From positions 7,464-71,463 of the forward strand of contig JAEUOR010000040.1 in assembly GCA_016790635.1 (NCBI GenBank): DNA of 64,000 nucleotides, given 5' to 3'. The notes beneath the pieces are model-generated. The model was not told the origin of the DNA, did not search any database, and worked only from the letters and a program-made list of their open reading frames with translations. Position 1 is the first letter of the stretch, and each line of letters starts with the position of its first letter. Source of the stretch: Burkholderiales bacterium (GTDB lineage Bacteria; Pseudomonadota; Gammaproteobacteria; Burkholderiales; JAEUOS01). The position numbers and the translations under genes are program-made. This document shows positions 8,681-18,640 of the stretch, in pieces.

Positions 8681-11600
8681 TCAAGCCTCCTGCCGCTTGC
8701 GCCGCAGCGCGCGCCGAACCGTCACGGCGCCGCGCCTGGAGTAGTTGCTCCATCTGCGGTTGAACATGACATACAGGACCGGCAGCACGATCAGGGTCAG
8801 GAGGGTCGCGGAGATGAGCCCGCCGATGACCACCACCGCCAGCGGCTTTTGCGTCTCTGACCCGATGTCGGTCGACAGCGCCATCGGCAGCAGGCCCAGC
8901 ATGGCCAGGAGCCCGGTCATGAGCACGGTGCGCAGGCGCTGCATCGACCCCTCGCGCACCGCCTCGATGGGCGGCATGCCGGCATTGCGCAACTGGTTGA
9001 ACACCGTCACCATGACCACGCCGTTCAACACCGCCTGGCCGAACAGGGCGATGAAGCCGATCGCCGCCGAAACGCTCAGGTGGATGCCGGTGAAGTAGAG
9101 CGCGAAGATGCCGCCGATCAGCGCCAGCGGCACGTTGAGGATGATGAGCAGCGCGCTCTTGATCGAGTTGAACGCGTTGAAGAGCAGGATGAAGATCAGC
9201 AGCACCGAGATCGGCACGACCAGCGCCAGGCGCGCCATCGCGCGCTCCTGGTTCTCGAACTCGCCCGACCAGGTCACGTTGTAGCCCTCGGGCAGCTTGA
9301 CGTTCTTCTTCACCCTGTCCTGCATGTCGCCAACCACGCTACCCATGTCGCGATCACGGATGAATATGCCGATCGCCATCACGCGACCGCCGTTCTCGCG
9401 CGCGATGTTCATGCTGCCGCCGGCGGCACGGAAGGAGGCGAATTCGGACAGCGGCACGTAGGCGCCGCCGGTCGTCGCCAGGAGCATGTTCTGCATGCGC
9501 TCGAGCCCGCGTTCCTGCGGCGCCAGGCGCACCGCCACTGCGAAGCGACGCTCCCCCTCCCACAGGTAGGTGGCGGCCTTGCCGGCAAGCCCGACCTCGA
9601 TCGCATCCTGGATGTCGCCGATGTTGAGGCCGTAGCGCGCCGCGCGTGCTCGGTCGATCTCGACTAAGTAGTTGGGCAGTTCGCCAACGCGGTCGATCAG
9701 CGCGCGGGTCACGCCGGGCACGTCGGCGACCTGGGCCAGGATGTCGCCGGCCACGCGGCGCAGCACCGGAATGTCTTCGCCGAAGACCTTGATCACGATC
9801 TGCCCGTCGATCTGGGAGATGCTCTCCAGGATGTTGTCGCGGATGGGCTGCGAGAACGAAGGCTTGATCGAGGGCAGCGCCGCCAGCGCGCCCTCCAGTT
9901 CGGCCATGACCTCGCGCTTGGACAGGCCGCGCTTCCACTCCGCCTCCGGCTTCAGATCGACCAGGAACTCGGCCATGTTGATGAGCTTGGGGTCGGTGCC
10001 GTCCTCGGGCCGGCCGGCCTTGGAGATGACCGAATTGACTTCCGGGGTCTTGAGGACGATGCGCCGCACCTGCCCGGTGATGGACTGGGCCTCGCTGACC
10101 GACACCGAGGACGGCAGCTTGACGTTGAGCCACAGCGAACCCTCGTTGAGTTCGGGCAGGAACTCGGTGCCCAGACGCGGCAGCACCGCGATGCTGGCGA
10201 GAAGTCCGGCCAGCGCGATCGCCAGTACCTTGGCGCGATTGGCCAGGCTCCACTGCAGGACCGGCAGGTAGGCATGCTTGGCGAAACTCACCACCGCGTT
10301 GTCGTGGCTGGGCAGCTTCCTGGAGAGCCACTTGTAGCAAAGCAGGGGCACCAGGGTGAGGGACAGGATCAGCGAGCCGATGAGCGCCGCGGTGACAGAG
10401 TAGGCCATGGGCGCGAAGATGCGCCCCTCGTGACGTTCCAGGGTGAAGATCGGGATGTGCGCGGCGATGATGATGATCATCGAAAACAGGGTCGGCCGCC
10501 CGACCTCGACGGTGGCATCGATGATGGTCTGCATCCGATGGCGATCCTCGCGCGGGTCGGTCGTGTCGTCGTGGAACTCCTCTTGCATCGTCAGCCGGCG
10601 GAATACGTTCTCGACCACGATCACCGCGCCGTCGACGATGATGCCGAAGTCGAGCGCGCCCAGCGAGAGCAGGTTGGCCGGGATGCCGATGAAGGTCAGT
10701 CCGATGAAGGTCGACAGCAGGGAAAGCGGGATGACCAGGGCGACGATGGCCATGGCGCGGAAATTGGCCAGGAACAGGTAGAGCACGATCGACACCAGGA
10801 GCGCGCCCTCGACCAGATTGCGGAACACCGTGCTCAGTGTCTTGCCGATGAGCCAGGTGCGGTCGTAGAAGGGAACGATGGCCACGCCGGACGGCAGCAC
10901 CCCGTTGTTGAGTTCCGCGACCTTGCGCTTGACGTCGGCTAATACCTTGGACGGGTTTTCGCCCTTCCGCATCAGCACCACGCCGGTCACCGCCTCGTCC
11001 TCGAGGTCCTGGCCGACGGTGCCCTGCCGCGGCACGTTGCCGACCACGACGCGCGCGACGTCGCGCACCAGGACCGGCGTGCCGTTGCGCTCGGCCAGCA
11101 CGATGGTCTCGATGTCTGCAGCCTCGCGCAGGAGGCCGATGCCGCGGATCGTGTACTGCTGGCTGCCCTGCTCGACATAGCCGCCGCCGGCGTTGCTGTT
11201 GCCGCGCTCCAGCGCGCTGAAGAGATTCGCCAAAGTGAGCTTGTGCGCCCGCAGGCGCGCCATGTCGGGCTGGACTTCGTACTGCTTGATGAGGCCGCCC
11301 ATCGGCACCACGTCGGCCACGCCGTGGACGCGCTTGAGCGCGCGCTCGACGACCCAGTCCTGCAGCGTGCGCAGTTCCGTCGAGTCGCGCGCCTGCGACT
11401 TCAGGCGATAGCGGTAGACCTCGCCGATGGCGGTCGACAAGGGCGCGATGGCGGGCTCGACGCCGGCCGGCAAGGCCACGCCGCGCAGGCGTTCACCGAC
11501 CTGCTGGCGCGCCAGGTTGACGTTGGCGTCGTCATCGAAGGTGAGGATCAGGAACGACAGCCCGAACTGCGTGTGCGAGAACATGCGCACCGTGTCGGGC

Positions 11601-11827
11601 AAGCCGGACAGCGCCACCTCGAGCGGGATGGTGACCTGGCGCTCGACCTCCTCGGCCGCGCGCCCGGGGAAGAGCGTGATCACGGTGACCTGCGTGTCGG
11701 TCACATCGGGGAAGGCCTCGACCGGCAGGTTCTTGAACGCGATCAGGCCGCCGCCGACGAAGAGCGCTGTCGCCAGCAGGATGACCAGCGGCTGGTGCAG
11801 CGCGAACGAGACGACGCGCCGTATCAT
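8681..11827 (-). CDS. czcA: Heavy-metal efflux RND pump, CzcA type (HME-RND)
   Basis: 1048 aa with 12-TM RND architecture. TM4 signature DFGIIVDGAVIVVEN, typical of divalent-cation HME-RND pumps as I recall it. The ATG overlaps the czcB stop (ATGA). Confidence 0.9.
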   Translation of the reverse strand: MIRRVVSFALHQPLVILLATALFVGGGLIAFKNLPVEAFPDVTDTQVTVITLFPGRAAEEVERQVTIPLEVALSGLPDTVRMFSHTQFGLSFLILTFDDDANVNLARQQVGERLRGVALPAGVEPAIAPLSTAIGEVYRYRLKSQARDSTELRTLQDWVVERALKRVHGVADVVPMGGLIKQYEVQPDMARLRAHKLTLANLFSALERGNSNAGGGYVEQGSQQYTIRGIGLLREAADIETIVLAERNGTPVLVRDVARVVVGNVPRQGTVGQDLEDEAVTGVVLMRKGENPSKVLADVKRKVAELNNGVLPSGVAIVPFYDRTWLIGKTLSTVFRNLVEGALLVSIVLYLFLANFRAMAIVALVIPLSLLSTFIGLTFIGIPANLLSLGALDFGIIVDGAVIVVENVFRRLTMQEEFHDDTTDPREDRHRMQTIIDATVEVGRPTLFSMIIIIAAHIPIFTLERHEGRIFAPMAYSVTAALIGSLILSLTLVPLLCYKWLSRKLPSHDNAVVSFAKHAYLPVLQWSLANRAKVLAIALAGLLASIAVLPRLGTEFLPELNEGSLWLNVKLPSSVSVSEAQSITGQVRRIVLKTPEVNSVISKAGRPEDGTDPKLINMAEFLVDLKPEAEWKRGLSKREVMAELEGALAALPSIKPSFSQPIRDNILESISQIDGQIVIKVFGEDIPVLRRVAGDILAQVADVPGVTRALIDRVGELPNYLVEIDRARAARYGLNIGDIQDAIEVGLAGKAATYLWEGERRFAVAVRLAPQERGLERMQNMLLATTGGAYVPLSEFASFRAAGGSMNIARENGGRVMAIGIFIRDRDMGSVVGDMQDRVKKNVKLPEGYNVTWSGEFENQERAMARLALVVPISVLLIFILLFNAFNSIKSALLIILNVPLALIGGIFALYFTGIHLSVSAAIGFIALFGQAVLNGVVMVTVFNQLRNAGMPPIEAVREGSMQRLRTVLMTGLLAMLGLLPMALSTDIGSETQKPLAVVVIGGLISATLLTLIVLPVLYVMFNRRWSNYSRRGAVTVRRALRRKRQEA

Positions 11828-12999
11828 TCGGCCTCGAGCCTGGACCTGCCTGCCTGCATGACCTGCTGCAGCAGCAAGGCGCCGTCCGTGACCACGCGCT
11901 GCCCGCTCGAGAGGCCCTTGCGGATGACCAGTTGCCCGGCATGCTCCTCGCCGATCCGCACCTCCACGCGCTCGAAGGCGCCGTTCGCACGCTCGACGAA
12001 GGCGAACTGCCTGCCTTCGGCGAATACCACCGCCTGCGCGGGGATGCCGACGCTGCCCAGGGCCGCCGTCGAAAAGCGCGCCGTGACCAGCATCTCGCCC
12101 TTGAGCCGGCGGTCGTCGTTGGCGACCGATCCACGTGCGCGGATGACCCGCGTCTGCGGGTCGATGAAATCCGCCACCACGTCCAGGCGCGCGGTGAACA
12201 CCGTGTTTTGGTAATTGGCCGCCGTGAAGGCGAACTCGCCGCCCTTGCGCAGCACCGGCAGGTGACGTTCATGCGCGTCGATCTGTATCCACAGGCGCGA
12301 CGGGTCGGTGACGACGAACAGGGCCGGCGCGGCGCCCTGGTCGGCACGCAGTTCCTGGCCGGGATTGAGATTGCGTTCGACCACGGTTCCGGAAATCGGG
12401 CTCTTGATGGCCAGCGTCTGGTCGATGCCGGCCCCGCCTCCATAGAGGCGGACGCGCGCCTGTGCGCGCTCGAGTTCGGCACGCGCCCGGGCATGTTCGG
12501 CTTCGGCCTGCGTCAGGTCCTTGCGCGCGGCGACGCCGTTTTCATGCAGATCCTTCACTCGCGCCAGCGTCTTCTCGGCCAGGGCGAAGTCCGCGGCGCC
12601 GCGACTCGCGTCCGCCTGCGCCTGCCCCAGGTCGGGCGCGGCTACCCAGGCCAGCACCTGCCCGGCCTTGACCGTGTCGCCCGCCTGCACGCCGATGCGG
12701 GTCACCCGCCCGGCGAGCGGGGCGTAGATGCGCACGGTGCGGTTCTCGTCCCACACCAGGCGCCCGGTCATCTCCACCGGAACATTGTCCAGGTCGCGGA
12801 CCGCCGCAACCTTGAGCGCGGCCAGCTGCGGATGGCCCGCGGCGAAGGTCACCAGCCCCCCCTTGATCGCGGGCTTCGGCGGCGGCGCCGCGCCCGACGG
12901 CGCGGCCTTTTCCTTGCACCCGGCGACGGCCAAGGCGCAGGCCAGGACGACGAGCGGCCACGACAAGCCGCGCAACCGGCTCTCCCGGCTGCCGCTCAT
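11824..12999 (-). CDS. czcB: Efflux RND periplasmic adaptor (membrane fusion protein)
   Basis: Lipoprotein-like N-terminus (LACALAVAGC) and HlyD/CzcB-like barrel-sandwich and coiled-coil regions. ATGA overlaps on both sides. Confidence 0.9.
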   Translation of the reverse strand: MSGSRESRLRGLSWPLVVLACALAVAGCKEKAAPSGAAPPPKPAIKGGLVTFAAGHPQLAALKVAAVRDLDNVPVEMTGRLVWDENRTVRIYAPLAGRVTRIGVQAGDTVKAGQVLAWVAAPDLGQAQADASRGAADFALAEKTLARVKDLHENGVAARKDLTQAEAEHARARAELERAQARVRLYGGGAGIDQTLAIKSPISGTVVERNLNPGQELRADQGAAPALFVVTDPSRLWIQIDAHERHLPVLRKGGEFAFTAANYQNTVFTARLDVVADFIDPQTRVIRARGSVANDDRRLKGEMLVTARFSTAALGSVGIPAQAVVFAEGRQFAFVERANGAFERVEVRIGEEHAGQLVIRKGLSSGQRVVTDGALLLQQVMQAGRSRLEAE

Positions 13000-14309
13000 C
13001 GCAGAGCCTCCCGGTCCGGCGCCGCGCCCTCGCCGCGCCCGAGCGCGAAGGCCGCGCGTGCCTTGGCGTACTCGGCGCGCGCCGCGGCCGCCTCCGACTG
13101 GACCGCGCGCATGACCCGGCGCGCGTCCAGCAGATCCATCACCCCGCTGGCGCCATTGCGATACGCGAACTCGGCCGCCGCCATGGTGCGCGCGGCCTCG
13201 GGCAGCAGTTCCACTTCGAGCCGGCTGAGCCGGTCGCGCGCCGCCGCCAGCCCCGCGCTCGCGCGCGCGACTTCGGTGCGCGCCGTGGCCAGGACCAGCT
13301 CGAGCTGGTCGCGCGCCGCATACCAGTCGGCCTGCGCACGAGCGATCTCGCCTTCGTAGCGGTGCCGCAGGAACAAGGGCACCGACAGCGCGACGCCGAA
13401 GCTGTTGCCGGTGCCCTGGTTGTTCGCGTCAGCGCGGTTCGGCCAGTGCTCGTACTGCGCGCCGACCAGCACGTCGCGGCTTCTCGAGGCCTGCGCGAGG
13501 TCGCGCGCCTTGTCCGCGGCCGCGACCCGCGCACGCGCCGCGCGCACGTCGCCGCGCGCCTCGAGCTGCACCTCGCTCCACGACTGCCCATCGTCCCGCG
13601 GCGGCCAGGGCGACACCGCGCGCAGCAGCTGCGGGTCGGCGTCGGCGCCGATCGCGTGGGCCAGGTCGAGCCGGGCGCGCGCCGCCTCGCCCGCCGCCGC
13701 GCGCGCCTCGTTGCGCGCACGCAAGGCATCGACCCGGATGCGCGAGAGGTCCGACGCGGCGATATCGCCCGCCCGCAGACGGGTCTGCGCCGCCTCGACG
13801 GTACGATCGAAGAGCTGCGCGGCTTCCGCGGCCGCGGCCTCCTTTTCCTGCGCGGCCAAGAGGTCGTAGTAGGCGTTGCGCAGCACCAGGGTCTGCTGGC
13901 GCGTGACCTCGGCCAGGTCCTCGCCGGCCGCCGCGGCAAGGCGCTGCGCGGTCTCGACCCTGAGTTCGCTCTTGCCGCCGCGCTCGATCAGCTGGTCGAC
14001 CCGCACGATCGAGTCCACCGTGCGGCCGCGCCAGTCACCGCCGCCAATGCCTCGATTCGGGTTGATGTTCTGCACGGTGAACGACAACTGCGGGTTGGGC
14101 CGCTGCCCGGCCACCATGACCTCGGCGCGCGACTGCTCCAGGGCGCGCCGCGCCAGCGCGATCTCGCGGTTGCGGGTTGCCAGCCGTGCCTCGGCGGCCT
14201 CGAGCGTCAGGGACGACGGATCGAACGCGCCCTGCGCACGGGCGGGCAGCGTCGCTGCGACGGCCAGAACGCCGGCGGCAAAAAGGCACGAAAAAGGGCG
14301 AAATTTCAT
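12996..14309 (-). CDS. czcC: TolC-family outer membrane efflux protein
   Basis: ATG at 14309 (MKFRPFSCLFAAGVLAVAATLPARAQ signal peptide). Alanine/arginine-rich coiled-coil repeats typical of OMF proteins. Confidence 0.85.
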   Translation of the reverse strand: MKFRPFSCLFAAGVLAVAATLPARAQGAFDPSSLTLEAAEARLATRNREIALARRALEQSRAEVMVAGQRPNPQLSFTVQNINPNRGIGGGDWRGRTVDSIVRVDQLIERGGKSELRVETAQRLAAAAGEDLAEVTRQQTLVLRNAYYDLLAAQEKEAAAAEAAQLFDRTVEAAQTRLRAGDIAASDLSRIRVDALRARNEARAAAGEAARARLDLAHAIGADADPQLLRAVSPWPPRDDGQSWSEVQLEARGDVRAARARVAAADKARDLAQASRSRDVLVGAQYEHWPNRADANNQGTGNSFGVALSVPLFLRHRYEGEIARAQADWYAARDQLELVLATARTEVARASAGLAAARDRLSRLEVELLPEAARTMAAAEFAYRNGASGVMDLLDARRVMRAVQSEAAAARAEYAKARAAFALGRGEGAAPDREALR

Positions 14310-14469
14310 CGGGCACGGAGTATAGCTGCGCCGTCCCCGCCCGATCGGCCGCACTTTGTGAATTCGGGCAAACCCGATAAGAGACCGGTTCAGCAACCCG
14401 TGCCGGACCGCAGGCGCAAAACCCCGCTCGCGGCGGTGTCCGCAGCCCGACGTTACCCTCCGGCGCCCC

Positions 14470-14760
14470 TCAGTCCAGGCCCTCGATCACCAGCATGTTG
14501 AAGTCCGCCGCACCCAGTCGCCGCGTGCGCGCCGCCTGATACTCGACCGAGTGGTAGAAGGCTCGGGCGTCCGCCATGCTCCCGAAGCGGTTGATGACCA
14601 CGCGGTTGCAATCCAGGGCGCCTTCGAGGAACTCGAACTCCCCGCCACGCGCCAGGAGGCGGCTGTTGAACTGGGCGTTCACCGGAGCGGCCAGGCGCGC
14701 GTACTCGGCGTAGGCGTCGGGGTCGTTCACCTTGATGATGGCGATCACGTAGGCACTCAT
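14470..14760 (-). CDS. DUF1330 family protein
   Basis: ATG at 14760. The 96-aa MSAYVIAIIKVNDPDAYAEYARLAAP...FYHSVEYQAA pattern is characteristic of DUF1330. Confidence 0.75.
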   Translation of the reverse strand: MSAYVIAIIKVNDPDAYAEYARLAAPVNAQFNSRLLARGGEFEFLEGALDCNRVVINRFGSMADARAFYHSVEYQAARTRRLGAADFNMLVIEGLD

Positions 14761-14939
14761 GAGCGTCGCGGCGGGTTGCAAAGGCCGCCATGCTAGCGCA
14801 GGCGCCATGCGGGAATGCCGCCGCGCCTGCGAGGACCATTGCCGCCATCGCGCCGCCGCACTCTGCGATAGTGTTGAGGGGGTGGGCGCCTGGCCGACCG
14901 GGCAAGCGCGAATCCGAACCTCGAACAAAGGGAAAACCC

Positions 14940-15293
14940 ATGCATCCGAACACCCGCTTCTTGCTCACCGCCGCGATGGACGTCGATCCCGACAAGGAAG
15001 ACCTGTTCAACGAGGTCTACGACAGCGAGCACATCCCGGAACTGCTCAGGGTGCCGGGCGTGCTCGCAGTCCATCGCCTGGTGGCGGTCCCGCTGGAGAT
15101 GAGCATCGGCGGGCAGACCCGCAGCGTCGTCGCCGAAGGCGAACCCAAGTACAGCGCGGTCTACGAACTCGAGAATGCGCAGGTCCCGGCCAGCGCCGCA
15201 TGGGCCGCGGCCGTCGAGGCCGGTCGCTGGCCGGCGCAGGTGCGCCCGTACACGCGCAACCGGCGCCACACCCTGCGCGCGGTCATGCGCTAG
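14940..15293 (+). CDS. Dimeric alpha/beta-barrel (EthD/DUF4286-like) protein
   Basis: ATG at 14940 after AAAGGGAAAA. 117 aa, with a DLFNEVYDSEHIPELLRVPGV motif. Confidence 0.6.
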   Translation: MHPNTRFLLTAAMDVDPDKEDLFNEVYDSEHIPELLRVPGVLAVHRLVAVPLEMSIGGQTRSVVAEGEPKYSAVYELENAQVPASAAWAAAVEAGRWPAQVRPYTRNRRHTLRAVMR

Positions 15294-15341
15294 CGCCTCC
15301 CAGGGTGCCGCCGCGGCGCGCTCTGGCGCGCTGCACCGCCG

Positions 15342-16727
15342 TTACAGCCCGGTGGCCTCGGCGATGAGTACCTTCAGATCCTTTTGCAGTTTCGCGCGCA
15401 CCGCCGCATGCGCCGGGCTGCGGATGAGGTTCTTGAGCTCGTACGGATCCCGCTCCAAGTCGTAGAGCTCATCGAGCTCGCCGGCCGTGCCTTTGTTGAC
15501 CCAGTGGATCAATTTGTAGTTTTTGGTGCGGATGGCCTTGTAGGTCATGCCGATCAGCCACGGGTAGGCCTGCTCGGCCCAGTATTCGGCCAGCACGGCC
15601 TTGCGCCACCCGGCGCGCTTGCCCGCCAGGAGCGGCAGGAACGAGCGGCCCTGGATCTGCGGGCCGGGCTTGCCGCCTGCCAGTTCGATCAGGGTCGGCG
15701 CCAGGTCCTGGCAGATCATGAGGTCGGAGTAGCGCGCACCCGCCTTCACGCGCGCGGGATGGCGCACCACGAAGGGACAGCGGATGCCTTCCTCGTAGGC
15801 GAAGCGACGCTCCGGCCCGAGGCCGTGCTCGCCGAAGAAGTAGCCGTTGTCGCCCAGGAAGACGATGAAGGTGTCGTCGAGCATCTTCCTGGCCTCGAGG
15901 GTGGCCAGGATCTGGCCCACGCCCTCGTCGACCGCGGCCATCATGCGCGCGCGCAGCCGGATCTCCTCCTGCGTGCCGGCGTGGATGGCTGCCAGCAGCT
16001 CGCGCGACTGCTTTTTCGCGCGCAGCAAGAACGTCTCCTTCCAGGCCGGTTTTTGCTTGACGACCTCGTGCGGCGGCAGCATGTTGGGGGTCTTGGGGAA
16101 CATCGCGCCGCGATACAGGTCCTTGTGGCGCTCAGCCGGGATGTAGCCGCCCAGCTTGCCGAACGCGACCGTGCCGTCGGCGGCCTGCTCGGCGTCCGGA
16201 TGCACCGCCTTGTGGGCGAAGAAGAGCGACCAGGGCTTGCCCTTCTTCTGCTTGCCCAGGAAGTCCACCGCCAGGCCGTTCATGATGTCGGTGATGTGGC
16301 CCTGGTGCTGCACATACTTGCCGTCATGGCACAGGCGCGGGTCGAGGATGCGGCCGTGGCCGTCGTAGCTGACCCAGTAGTCGTAACCCGGACGCGGCAT
16401 GCCGTCGTTGCCCATGTGCCACTTGCCGATGTGCCCGGTGCGATAGCCGAGTTTCTGCAACTCGAGGTGGTAGTTGGGCAGGCGGTGGCTCATCGCGCCG
16501 CGCGCGACGTTGTCGATGATGCCGTGGCGGCTGGCGTACTGGCCGGTCACGATCGACGCGCGATTCGGCGAACAGATGGAAGTGGTGTGAAAGACGCGCT
16601 CGAACATCGCGCCCTCGTGCGCCAGGCGATCGATGTGCGGCGTCTTCATGTAGGGGTGGCCGCCGGCGCCGAACTCGTCGTAGCGCAGGTCGTCGATCAG
16701 GATCACCAGGATGTTGGGTTTTTTCAT
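15342..16727 (-). CDS. Cys-type sulfatase with no signal peptide (predicted cytoplasmic)
   Basis: ATG at 16727 (MKKPNILVILIDDLRYDE). Formylglycine motif C-S-P-N-R-A-S-I-V-T-G. One nt separates the upstream Bug stop from this ATG (TGACATG). Confidence 0.9.
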   Translation of the reverse strand: MKKPNILVILIDDLRYDEFGAGGHPYMKTPHIDRLAHEGAMFERVFHTTSICSPNRASIVTGQYASRHGIIDNVARGAMSHRLPNYHLELQKLGYRTGHIGKWHMGNDGMPRPGYDYWVSYDGHGRILDPRLCHDGKYVQHQGHITDIMNGLAVDFLGKQKKGKPWSLFFAHKAVHPDAEQAADGTVAFGKLGGYIPAERHKDLYRGAMFPKTPNMLPPHEVVKQKPAWKETFLLRAKKQSRELLAAIHAGTQEEIRLRARMMAAVDEGVGQILATLEARKMLDDTFIVFLGDNGYFFGEHGLGPERRFAYEEGIRCPFVVRHPARVKAGARYSDLMICQDLAPTLIELAGGKPGPQIQGRSFLPLLAGKRAGWRKAVLAEYWAEQAYPWLIGMTYKAIRTKNYKLIHWVNKGTAGELDELYDLERDPYELKNLIRSPAHAAVRAKLQKDLKVLIAEATGL

Positions 16728-16728
16728 G

Positions 16729-17688
16729 TCAGTCTTCCGCCTTGATGTTGCGTGCCTTCGCGAGCCTGGCGTAGGTCGCCTTCTCGCGCTCAAAAAATTT
16801 CATGGCATCCGCCGTGGTCAGGCCGAGCGGCTCCACACCGGCGGCGATCAGCCGCTCGCGCACCGCCGGTTCGCGCACGACCTGGCCGATCTCTGCGGCG
16901 ATGCGTTCGATGATGGGCCGCGGCGTCGCGGCCGCCATGAACACGCCGGTCCAATTGGTGAAGCTGTAGCCCTGGAAGCCCGGCAGTTCCGCCATCGCCG
17001 GGATGTCTGGCGTCGCAGCGGCTCGCTTCTCGCTCGTCACCGCGACAATCCTGATCTTGCCCGCCTTGTGCGGACCGATCACCGGCGGCATGCCGACGAT
17101 GCCGACCTCCACCTGGCCGCCCAACAGGTCCGTCACCGCGGGCGCTGCGCCGCGATAGGGAATGTGCACGATGAACGCGCCGGCGAGGGTCTTCAGCGAT
17201 TCGCCGGCGAAGTGCTGCGAACTCCCCGAGCCCGGCGTGCCGTAGGACAGCTTGCCCGGGTTCTTTTTCGCGAAATCGAGGAGTTCCCGGATACTGTTGA
17301 TCCCGGTCTTGGGATGCACCGCGATGGCAAGCGCCGTGTCGCCGATCACCGTGACCGCGGCCAGGTCCTTCTCCCAGTCATAGGCCATCCGTAGGCCCGC
17401 GACCGCGCCCACGACCGTCTCGGCGGGCGAAGCGACGATGAACGAATAGCCGTCGGCCGGCCCCTTGGCGATGCCGTCAGTGGCGATGGTGCCGGAGGCG
17501 CCGGGCCGGTTCTCGACCACGAACTGCTGCTTCAACACCTCGGACAATCGCGTGGCCACCACGCGCGCGGTGAAGTCATGCCCGCCGCCGGCCGGGTAAC
17601 CGACGATCACGCGCACCGGCTTGGCCGGCCAGGTCTGCGCAAACGCGGAACTGCAGATGACGAGCGCCGCCGCCAAAAGCATTCTCAT
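16729..17688 (-). CDS. Bug family (TctC-like) tripartite tricarboxylate transporter substrate-binding protein
   Basis: Signal peptide MRMLLAAALVICSSAFAQ followed by WPAKPVRVIVGYPAGGGHD, the hallmark Bug N-terminus. Confidence 0.9.
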   Translation of the reverse strand: MRMLLAAALVICSSAFAQTWPAKPVRVIVGYPAGGGHDFTARVVATRLSEVLKQQFVVENRPGASGTIATDGIAKGPADGYSFIVASPAETVVGAVAGLRMAYDWEKDLAAVTVIGDTALAIAVHPKTGINSIRELLDFAKKNPGKLSYGTPGSGSSQHFAGESLKTLAGAFIVHIPYRGAAPAVTDLLGGQVEVGIVGMPPVIGPHKAGKIRIVAVTSEKRAAATPDIPAMAELPGFQGYSFTNWTGVFMAAATPRPIIERIAAEIGQVVREPAVRERLIAAGVEPLGLTTADAMKFFEREKATYARLAKARNIKAED

Positions 17689-17787
17689 GATTCACCCTCC
17701 CCGGTTCGGTCCGCTTGATATCCGCGGCGCCGCCTCGCGCCTGTATTGTGCGCGGTGCGTGCATCAATTCAGTTTATCCTAGCGCCC

Positions 17788-18591
17788 ATGCCGACCATCC
17801 GTCCCCCATTTCATTTCGTCCCGCTGCCGGCCGCGCGCAGCACCAAAAAGCCGCGCAGCGACGGGCGCACCATGATCGTCGACGACGGCCTGCCGCTCGC
17901 CTATGCGCGCGACCTGGTCGCTTTAGGCGGCGCCTACATCGACCTGGCCAAGATCAAGACCGGCACCGCCCGTCTTTACCCGCGCGCGCAACTGGTCGCC
18001 AAGCTGAAGCTTTACAAGCGCAATCGCATCCAGCCCTTTCTGGGCGGACAATTCCACGAGTACGTGTTCGCCATGCAGGGCGAAGCCGCCCTGTCCAAGT
18101 ACTACGCCGAGTCGCTGGCCTTGGGCTTCGAGGCGATCGAGATCTCCGACAACACCGTCCCGCTCACCGATGCCCAAAGGCGCCGCCAGATTCGCGCCGC
18201 AGTCGCGGCGGGCCTGATCGTCTACGGCGAGGTAGGTTCCAAGGACACGTTGAGCAACCCGCGTCTCCTCATCGGGCAGGCCGAAGCCTGCTTCGAAGCC
18301 GGCGCCGCGCTGGTGCTGGTGGAGGCCGCCGAACTGGTGGTCAACGGCCGGCTGCGCACCAAGACCATCGATCTCTTGCGCAAGCACCTTGACATGTCGC
18401 GCGTCATGATCGAATTGCCCGGACCGTGGATTCCCGGGGTACGCAGTTGCGACATCGAGGACATGAAAAAGGCGCTGGTCAACGCCGTCGGCCCCAACCT
18501 GAACCTGGCGAACGTGGCGCCGTCCTCGATCATCGACACCGAGGCGACGCGTACCGGGCTGGGCACGGCCGGCCCGCCCAGGCAGGCCTGA
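17788..18591 (+). CDS. comA: Phosphosulfolactate synthase (ComA) family protein
   Basis: ATG at 17788. KPRSDGRTMIVDDGLP...YIDLAKIKTGTARLY...GFEAIEISDNTVPL matches the ComA family pattern as I recall it. Confidence 0.8.
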   Translation: MPTIRPPFHFVPLPAARSTKKPRSDGRTMIVDDGLPLAYARDLVALGGAYIDLAKIKTGTARLYPRAQLVAKLKLYKRNRIQPFLGGQFHEYVFAMQGEAALSKYYAESLALGFEAIEISDNTVPLTDAQRRRQIRAAVAAGLIVYGEVGSKDTLSNPRLLIGQAEACFEAGAALVLVEAAELVVNGRLRTKTIDLLRKHLDMSRVMIELPGPWIPGVRSCDIEDMKKALVNAVGPNLNLANVAPSSIIDTEATRTGLGTAGPPRQA

Positions 18592-18640
18592 CCCCACGCC
18601 GCTTACCCGTACGCGGGTGAGGCGGGTCGCAGCGAGCCGA

